Below, in pieces: positions 55,301 through 64,000 of a DNA stretch of 64,000 bases. This DNA comes from Lepidodermella squamata. Its lineage: Eukaryota; Animalia; Gastrotricha. Made by a program: the position numbers and the translations under genes. The DNA is taken from positions 1,364,001 to 1,428,000 of the forward strand of contig JBLDXI010000010.1 of NCBI GenBank assembly GCA_047495785.1, read 5' to 3'. Position 1 is the first letter of the stretch. The number at the start of each line of letters is the position of its first letter. The notes under the pieces are model-generated. The model worked only from the letters and a program-made list of their open reading frames with translations, was not told the origin of the DNA and did no database searches.

Positions 55301-58300
55301 AGATAAATTGCCGACTGTTTCTTTGATATAGTCAGTATTGATTGGCTCTGTGACATTTGCTTCTTAGAAAGAACTGAAAGGGGTACTGAAGATGTATTTA
55401 CGTGTGTCACAAAGGCGACCGGTCCATGGAGATACGCATTTGCAGGTATTGAATGCCACGCAGGTACCTCCATTTTGGCATGCGGCTGAGCAAGAAACTG
55501 CTCGAACATTATTTTAAATATTTTCAAAAAGAATTTAGTAGATATATACCCGAAAATAATCGACAAATATCTCTGACTTCAGCGATTTGCTTGGCCGATA
55601 AAGCCGAGGTGAAAATAGACAGACAAGCCATTCTCGCGAACCCCGCTAACGTTCCATTTCTTAAGAATTATCAACACATACAGATGTCATGAAATGTTGG
55701 CTTAGAATACTACCTGGAACCTAGATAAAACTTGGTCGTTGTGGCTGGGTAAGAGGTAGCGGTTCCTCCTGAGCCTGGTATAAAATCGTCGCCGCAAAAC
55801 ATTCTCATTTGCATTGTTTCATTATTGAATGATATCCCAACATATTGCCAGTTATTAGACATCGAGCATTGACTATCCGTTGCGATCGAAACTACGTCGT
55901 TGAGCCAGAGGCGATTTTCGGGATTGCCTGATGATGTGTATTGCCATATATGCAATTTATTTACGTTGGCAGCTTGATAATATTCGAACAGCGGTGTTGC
56001 GCCTGTCGTGGTTACATTGACCCAAAAGACAATAGTGAATGACGAGCTCCCCAATGCTAGCTTAGGTGACTCGTAAAGACCGAATCTCGAAGGTCCCAGA
56101 TCAACTGCAGTGCTAGCGCCACCGTACGGTCCATCAACGAATCTATGAACCGCAGGGGAAGGAGTGCCATCGATTTTGGTCACGCCAATTTCCTTATATC
56201 CGAACTCATAGGTCAAAGGCCAATAACCCAGCAAAGATGGATATTTGCTCAGCTGAATCGCAATATAGTCTTTGTCGATGTCAACTTGAAGAAAATATTT
56301 CTTTGACAGTAACGTATTATGCGGGGATTCCCTCACCTGATCCGCAAAGGTCGCCAGAGAAAGGTGGATTGCACTTGCATAGGTTAAACCCAACACAGGT
56401 TCCACCATTCTTGCAAGGCACTGGACAGGACACTGAAAAACGAAATGTTAATGCAAATTTCATCACAAAATATATTGATTACCCGAAAACAGCCTGCAAG
56501 CATTCCGAACTTCGAGCAATTCAGCAAGGCCTAATGCAGCGGAGTGATATGATGCGCAAGCCATGTAAATGTCACTGTTCATTGCGGTGCTGTTCGGCAA
56601 AGCTGGCCTGTTACATTTAATTGAAATAGAAATTTGCAACTAGAGTTTAGTTAACTCTGAAAAATAACCTAAAACCAAAATACAGAATATTCGTTGTAGC
56701 TGCTTCAGTCGAACGATTTCGCGCTGGCCCCGTCCAGTTCCAGCCACAGAACATGCGCATGCTTATGCCAGTAGATGAAACGTTGAATATAATCGCCACA
56801 AACTGCCAACTTGCATTCATAGCGCACGCTTCTGTGTAGAAATCTGTGCGAGGATTCATCGCGTTGAAAAACAGCCCGCCGATGTAGAACAAATGAGCCC
56901 CCATTCCGGGATAAGTTGTTTCTAATTGCCAATTTGTGAATTGGAAAAAGGGCAAGCTGTCGCCTGCCTTGATTTTGATAAATGCACCCAGGGTCCATGA
57001 TGCGTTGCCCCGTTTTAGCAAAGCGGATGTGACATTCATGTATTTATTCGTCGTTAGATAGGTTGAAGTAGCGGGGAGTTGAAATGGTCCAGTGAAGTAA
57101 GTCTGAACAGCGGGCGTCGAAACGGCGGTCAAATTGTTCGGTCCAACATCAGATGTTGCATACGTGTTGCTCAACGGCCAATATGCGATAAGTGCCGGCA
57201 GGGTTGCTATCTTTTTCGACGCATAGCTCAGATCAACATTATTTGTTGCTTTAAAATCAAATGACAATGAACGATTACTTTAACAGCCTAGCTCGAAACT
57301 CACTTAACGAGCAATTCCTACCAAAAAAGCCAGAGTTGCATTTGCAAATGTTCTTTCCAGCACAACCTGCGCTGTTAGAACAGCCACCGCATGCGCCTGG
57401 CAAAACGTAATCGATTATCCATCAAAGACATATTTCAATCAAAAACATTTCACAGCTGCAACCCGTGCTCACAACTGAATGCAATATGCAAATCAATTTC
57501 AGCTGTGAAGAATGTGCTGGATTTCCTAGTTCAGAAATCGTAATATCGGCATCCTGCTATTCACAAGCCATTCAAAAATCTTGCATATGGATCTCTTCTT
57601 CAACAAATTTGCATGGAATTTCATTAAGAATTAAGAGAATTGAACGAAGTAATATATTCGATATCTATATTTGCCTTATGCCTAATCTCAGAATGAAACT
57701 TAGAACAAGTTTCTCGTTCGGAATCGGGAAACTAACCTGCGACAGATTCACATGCGTAATTCGCAAGGTCAAAATCATCAACGTCGAACTCCTTCGTGTA
57801 GAAGCTTCCGCATGCAAATTTAGCATTCGTGTTATTCACTGGCCCTGACCTGTGAGAAGTAATCAAAGTTTAAGCTAGTCATTTGTAGTTTCACTCACCC
57901 GCCTATTCTAGAAGTGTTTGCCGTGATAGCCGTAGAATTTGGAGCCGGTAATATTGATATAGGGAAAATGCTGCCCTTACAGTATAGCCTTAATGTGCCA
58001 GTAGCTCCGTTATAGGTTAAACCTATTGCCGTGTAAGAACTGATGTCGCATGGAAAACCTAGCCATTCGGTTCCTCCAGGTCCCGCGATACCCAGAATAT
58101 TGATACCAGTTTGCCAGAGCTTGATGCCATTCGTAGCAGCGTACTCCATGATTGGCCACATATATCTATCCGAAGTATCTATGACTTGAAAGTACGTAAA
58201 AGAGTTGCTCCCGAAATCAATCAGGCTGCTCGTGATAACAATAGGATTCGAATAACGGTAGGATCCATACGTCTGATTGCCATATCCGTCTTCAAATTTT

Positions 58301-58485
58301 GCACCGGTCGGAATCGATGACGGAATTTTATTTGCAGTTTTAGCATCATCACCCAGTGGCGATCTGTTGTCCCACGGCCAGAAGGCAACGCAGCTTGGAA
58401 TCGATGTCAGAGCAGCGTATAAGTAATCATCGTCACCTGCTGCTCTTCCCACAGCATAGCATAGCGTTGCAAATGTTAACAGCAT
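49333..58485 (-). CDS. Large multi-exon type I receptor: signal peptide, 4 LamG/pentraxin-like domains with EGFs, EGF array, 2 ShK-like domains, Sushi domains, TM, cytoplasmic tail
   Basis: Signal MLLTFATLCYAVGRAAG. Repeated [AG][YF]WP...W.F.[AG]I.[YF]N...C domains (about 58.4, 57.2, 56.2, 55.3 kb); one-EGF-per-exon array 54.5-51.4 kb; CHTWRDQGSCLSNPAFMWPSCQASC; Sushi C..G[YF]...W; TM SVLSILGFFLGLIVCL-DY. Confidence 0.8.
51427..54362 (-). repeat. Tandem array of about 14 single-EGF exons with strict A/B alternation
   Basis: Exons alternate between a CSC..GW.G..C type and a C.C...[FY]TG..C type; flanking intron sequence is also shared between copies. Confidence 0.75.
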
Positions 58486-58973
58486 AATTCACGATCAGTG
58501 TCTAATTAATGCGGGTTAACTATCTCTGCAAAAAATAATTTCGAAACTAATGAAAGTGTAACGCAGACAGCAAAGACTGCATCAACAGCGGCTCCGTGGG
58601 CGTAAAAATATCACGGGGATACTGTCAATTATTTGCGGAGGAAATCAATCTTCATCTGTAGCTGAAGCGCAACGCAACGCATTTTTTCGCAAGTCATGGT
58701 CCCCAAATAATCAATTGTTATTGATGTCTCTGCATGCGATTGTTCGATGTTTAACAACTTTAAACTCAAATCAAATCGCCATATGTTGGTATTGACTGGT
58801 TGGTTGTTAGGTAGGTTGCTATGGGTTCTGAGGGTTTGGGGGAAAGGACTGTCTGATACCTGGCCTCTTTACTGAGTTTTACTTTTTTGCCTCTGTTCCC
58901 AATTCATGTTCGTCTTGTGATCAATTTATTTTCACTATTAGCGTCTCTTCAGTTTATATAATTTAATTCAGAT

Positions 58974-61900
58974 TTATGGGGTATCATTACTGTCATTTTC
59001 TGGAAATTCCATAGCTGCATCGACATGGGTTGGTCTACTTGAACCACTGGCGCCGGGTCCGCCGTGCTCGAAGGGGTTAGCAACTAACACATCCGAGCGC
59101 TGATTGGCTAGGATTCCAGCTTCGGCTAACTTCCGCTCCTCTTTCACTTGCTCCAAATTCTTCATGAATTCCTCAGCTGCGTATTTGTTGCGCAGCTTTG
59201 TCCTTAGGTCATGCAGATCTCGAGCTCTTCCTCTATCGCGTAGGTATTTTAACAAGTGGTTAAAATTATGCTTCAGTCGCCTGATATCTCGAGTCAGCGT
59301 CATGTAATCAAGGCAAACAACAATTCCTAGAAAGAATCCAAGAATCGAAAGGACGGTCGATGCAGTGGCTACGGCAGTTTCTGATTCATAGACAGTTGCT
59401 TTGAGTGGTTTTGGTGCAGTCAGCAACGCATTTCTCGAGCAAAACAGTGTTTGCTTATCCCAGGTTGAGTTTTCGTTACAGCGCCAGTAGGCGATCGTAT
59501 TGGTCTGGTTTTTCGACGGCTCGTAACCCTGATTCCAGTCACACTCAAAGGCAACAACGTCGTTGTACAGAATCGTTTCGATCTCTGAAGACGAATTCAT
59601 GATGCGGTAATTCGAGATTTCGAAACTCTGAGGCATTTCGCAGCTTACATCTGCAGTACAAGGAAATTTGAATGCCAAGCGTGATAGAAGAAAACTCACA
59701 TAAGCATGACAATGTGTTTGTAGACCAGAATCCAGACTCTAAACAAGTGTTTTGAACCTGTCCAAGTGGTGTAGATTCCGTACCCGGTTCAATATAGAGA
59801 CTGTTAGCTCCTTTCACACATTTCAGGGTATAACTCTCGCCAAAGATGTAGGTCCCGGGCTTCAAATCGGTTATATAGGCATTTTCTTCCTCAACAGGAT
59901 TTCGACAAATCACAACTGAATTAATAGATTTTCTATCATCTGAGACATTTCAAAGTAAGTGACGTACCAGAGCAACGAGGTTCGTCGTTCGGGGTCCATG
60001 TCCCGTTACTTTGACAAGTTTTTACGAAGTACTGAAGGTCGACATCTGGCTTGAATCCCTGGAGACAACTGTACGTGGCAACCCCGCCCGTTTGATTCGC
60101 CGATACATTGTAGATAGCATTTTGGCCTGAAATTAGAGCTTTACAAGGTGGAACTGGAAAATATAATAAACATTTCAAAATTTGAACATCGATAAGCATG
60201 ATAACTTACGCCCACACTGCGGCCTCCCATCCAACCATGACCAGCCACTGGAGCCTGTGAATGTACATTGTGCCTTTCCTGTGGTTGATCCAGTCATGTT
60301 GAATCCAGGATTACAGAAATACTGAACAACGTCTCCCTTGAAAAATTTGGCGTCTGAAGTGAAATTCACATAGTATGTATTAGCCAGTGATGGAGGGTTC
60401 GGACATGGGGCCGTTAGACACCTTGGACCCTTCGAGTTGATCTTGAACCAGTTCCCAGTCACAGGATTTTTCGTGAATGGATCACAAACGTGCATGGCCG
60501 TATCACCCGGGAACTCAGGCAAATAACCCTTACTGCACAGCATGACTGCTGATTGCATGTAACCAGCTAGTCCGTTGAATATTGCCAAGGGTGGAGGTGA
60601 TAGGGACCAGTAAGAATTCGGGGACAGCGGGAAACCAAGCGGCTCAGCTGTACAGTTATTCGCCGGGCTAAGTCTTCGTCTGCAGGTGTAAGCACACGTG
60701 CTTCGAGCGTCATTTTCATTACTCTCGCAAAGACCTGACGAAGCCCATTCGCCACAGGTACAATTTTGATCGACTGGGAGCCTTGGGTCGACATCACATT
60801 CGCAAGTTGCGTATTTCGTGCAAGTTGCTTGGCATGACGGCCACATGAATCCGGGGTTGGAAAGACAACTGCCCTGATCTCGCCAAGTCGAGCAAATCGG
60901 GCCGATATCGACTTTCGGTTTCAGACAGAGGGTTGTATCTGATGATGGGGAGCAAACGTTTGGGCCAGTACACACAGATCCAGGCGTACATGGCGGAACA
61001 CACAGGTCTGAAGACATGAAATCCGCTATTCATCATGATAAAACCCTTGAATTATCACTTACAGTCATCACAAGTCGGGCCAGTTCTATAGATGGTGCAC
61101 TTACAAGTGTTGGGTTTTTCACAAATGCCGTCATTGTTGCATGATGGATCGCAAATAGCTATAGAATCATTCGAAAATTATCTTTCTGTCAGACAACTAA
61201 GTATCTTACGTTCAGTGCATAGAGCACCTTTCCATCCAGTTGCACAGCTGCAAGTAAAATTTGTTGTGCATGTGCCTCCGTTTTGACAAGGCGGATCGCA
61301 TACAGCTAATCAAGAAAAGGTCTCATTTTCTGCAGAAAAAAGTGCCAGACTTACAAATCGAGCAGTCTATTCCAGACCAGCCGCTTGTACACGAGCAAAG
61401 ATCTGCACCTATACAAGTTCCGCCATTTTTGCAGTACGAGGGCGATGAACATCCCATGTAAAATAGACGGCATTGATCTTTCACGAGCATCAGCTCTTTC
61501 AAGCTAAGAGCGGTAGAAAACAAAGAACCGCAGGCGAAATATGCATTCGCAGCAGTAGCAGATGAAGCCATAACTCTATGTAAACCTACAATCAGAGATC
61601 GAAATAAGAAAACATGCTTACCTACCTTTGGCCAATGTCAAGCCGTTCAGTCGCGATAGGAGGTGGATCATATGATCTTGTTCCTACTATCGACTGATTG
61701 CAAATGAAGTTGAAGTCTTTTGTTGTAGCGTTGTAAGTCGCAGCAACGAATTGCCACTGATTTAACAAGGGGCAATCGTAATTGGCGTAGTTTTCCCTCC
61801 CTTCGTTAAACCATAGCTTATCCGTAGTCTGAGCCATCCAGAAATGCATAGCTGCCGTGATATCTGGCTTGACGTATTCATAAAACGGCATCTGGCCTCC

Positions 61901-64000
61901 AGACAGGACTTTGACGAATATAGCGAGTGTGAATGAAGTCGCAAGGTTGACTCGAGGATTTTTGACGGAAATGAATCTGTTCATGCCAGCAGCCGGTGTT
62001 AGAGACATTGCAGTGTAATTTCCCCCGAATGGTCCACTGGTGTAGATTGGCTCTCGTGACATCTCCCCATTGACTTGATTAACAGATTTTGCATCATTCG
62101 CAGCGTAGTCTGCCGTGAGAGGCCAGTAGGCGATCAAAGAAGGATATGCATCGAAAACACCAGAAATGTATGTGCGATTTATCGATTCTAGAAAGAAAGT
62201 GAGCTACAATGGGTTTCATATTCCAATGACATACTTATATCACAACTAGGACCAGTCCATCCAGCATCGCAAGAACACACATTGTCCCCGACACAAATCC
62301 CATTCCCGCAATTATTGCAATTACCTATGATAAGAGATAAGCTGAGAAAATAATGACATCAATAGAATGAATTTACGAGCGAAAAGTCGGCATATTCCTT
62401 TCAACTTTATCAGCTCGTCGATAGTCAAGGCTTTGGAGTGAACTGATCCACAGGCTATTTCACCACCCCAAGTAATTTGATTCGGATTTACAAAGCTAGA
62501 ATTAAAGTTTGAAATAAGACTTGACTGGCAGTGGCTATAACGCTAACCTGTAGCCAAGGTAAAGCTTTTGCGAGGTTATCGGGTTTGTCGCTGGACTATT
62601 AGTTGTTGCTGAAAAGTACTCGCCACAATAATATTTCTGAACTTTGTTGACACTGTCGTAAGTGATCGCGACGAATACCCACGTTCGATTCAAGGCACAA
62701 TTAGCAGGAGTGCCGCTCCAAGTTTCGGATCCCAAAAGTAACTGGCTGTTGACAACGTACCACAAGTACATAGCATAAGTCCCACTAAGGGCAGCAGGAT
62801 TTGATGGGTGGTAAAATTCGTAAATCGGACTTGGCGCTTCTGTTGCGTTGACATAAGCCGCGAAGGTCCATGAGCCGTTGCCAACATTCAGAAGAGCCGA
62901 ATTAAACGTTACGTACAGCTTAGGGGTCCCTGTTCCCGTTTGAATAGCAGTTGTAGAGTACCCAAATGGACCATCTGTGTACGTGATGAGGTTGTTGGGA
63001 AAGCCATTCAAAACATTCAAAGTGTCTGAAACGTTGTAGATGTAAGAAAACGGCCAGTAAGCAATGAGACCAGTTTGCGCGTTCAAATTTGAATTAATAT
63101 GAGTTTGATTGATTGGAACTATAATAGAGCTAATAAAGGAGAGATACAGTAGAAAGCAGGAACCTACGTGTATCACAAGTAAATCCTGTCCAGGGCGAGA
63201 CGCATTTGCAAATCCCAGCTCCAATACAAGTTCCGCCGTTTTTGCAGGTAAAACCACTACAATCGACAGAAAATAATCGGCACCAATTTTTTACCCGTAA
63301 CATCTCGGCCACCGTGAGGGCTGATTTGATAACTGATCCACACGCGAAACGACCATCAGCCATCACATTTCCATTATCCCTTGTGCCGAAGTAAATATTG
63401 GGAGCCGAGACAGGGGCGCCGCTCAACTTAAGGTCGGCCTTGAAGTCATCGCCGCAAAAAAGCTTGCCCGTTGTATTTGTGCTGTCGTAGACGATTCCAA
63501 TGAATTGCCAGTTGTTGTCCATAGCACAGTCATGAACTAAACCCGCATTGCCCGTATTCCACCAATGTCTGTTATCAGCAGCACCACTTGGCGTCCACTG
63601 CCACCAATGCATTCGCTCGCTTGAAGCGTCAAAAAAGCTCCAAAGTGGCATAGAGGCTCCAGAGTAAATGTACACCCACATTGAAAGAGTGAACGAAGAC
63701 GTGCCGAAATTGAACTGGGGAGAGCTGTAAGTCGCGAATCGATTTTGAGGTGAGCCGGGCCCAATTTCGACCGAAGTGGCTGATACACCAAAAGGACCGG
63801 TTTTAAATTTGTGAATCGCGTTTGTCGGCGTGCCATGAATCGCAAAGTTATCGCATGCATCTTTGTAGCCATACTCGGCCGACCAAGGCCAATAAGCCAC
63901 CAGGGATGGAATTGTTGCGAATTGCGCCCTTACGTAGTTAATATCGACCATGGCTTGAAATCGCTATGGTTAGTTTGGTCTCTTTAGCTTTGAATAATGC
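58974..64000 (-). CDS. Paralog of the LamG-EGF-ShK-Sushi-TM receptor; 5' end lies outside the window
   Basis: Three LamG-like domains (63.9, 63.1, 62.1 kb), few EGFs, CSTWRDQGSCLSNPGFMWPSCQATC, Sushi exons nearly identical to the downstream paralog (NSLYIEPGTESTPL, AFECDWNQGYEPSKNQ), TM TVLSILGFFLGIVVCL-DYMTLTRDIRRL. Confidence 0.8.

Noticed and set aside
54730-55350. Apparent stop/frameshift in the fourth LamG domain
   Set aside because: Resolved by a short GT-AG intron at about 55.0 kb; the spliced frame is open.

Overview
Compact, gene-dense invertebrate (probably spiralian) genomic DNA with mostly 50-60 bp introns. From left to right: two secreted/membrane proteins built from bacterial-style PQQ-like beta-propeller units; a BTB-BACK-Kelch gene; a co-oriented array of about 15 divergent single-pass membrane proteins (11.4-45.3 kb) that share a TM-'DYxxH[ML]RxxG' motif and long disordered tails; two signal-peptide-bearing ankyrin proteins; a NIDO-short collagen fusion; a TA-flanked MITE; and two large paralogous LamG-EGF-ShK-Sushi-TM receptor genes. 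The standout element is an apparently intact 3.4-kb DNA transposon (26614-30020) that splits one array member. It encodes a 5-exon RAG1/Transib-like DDE transposase and, tail-to-tail, a 2-exon Myb/SANT-like protein. It has CAT...ATG termini, a 2-bp TSD (fixed by exact restoration of the host reading frame) and asymmetrically spaced subterminal motifs. All calls come from reading the sequence; no database searches were run.
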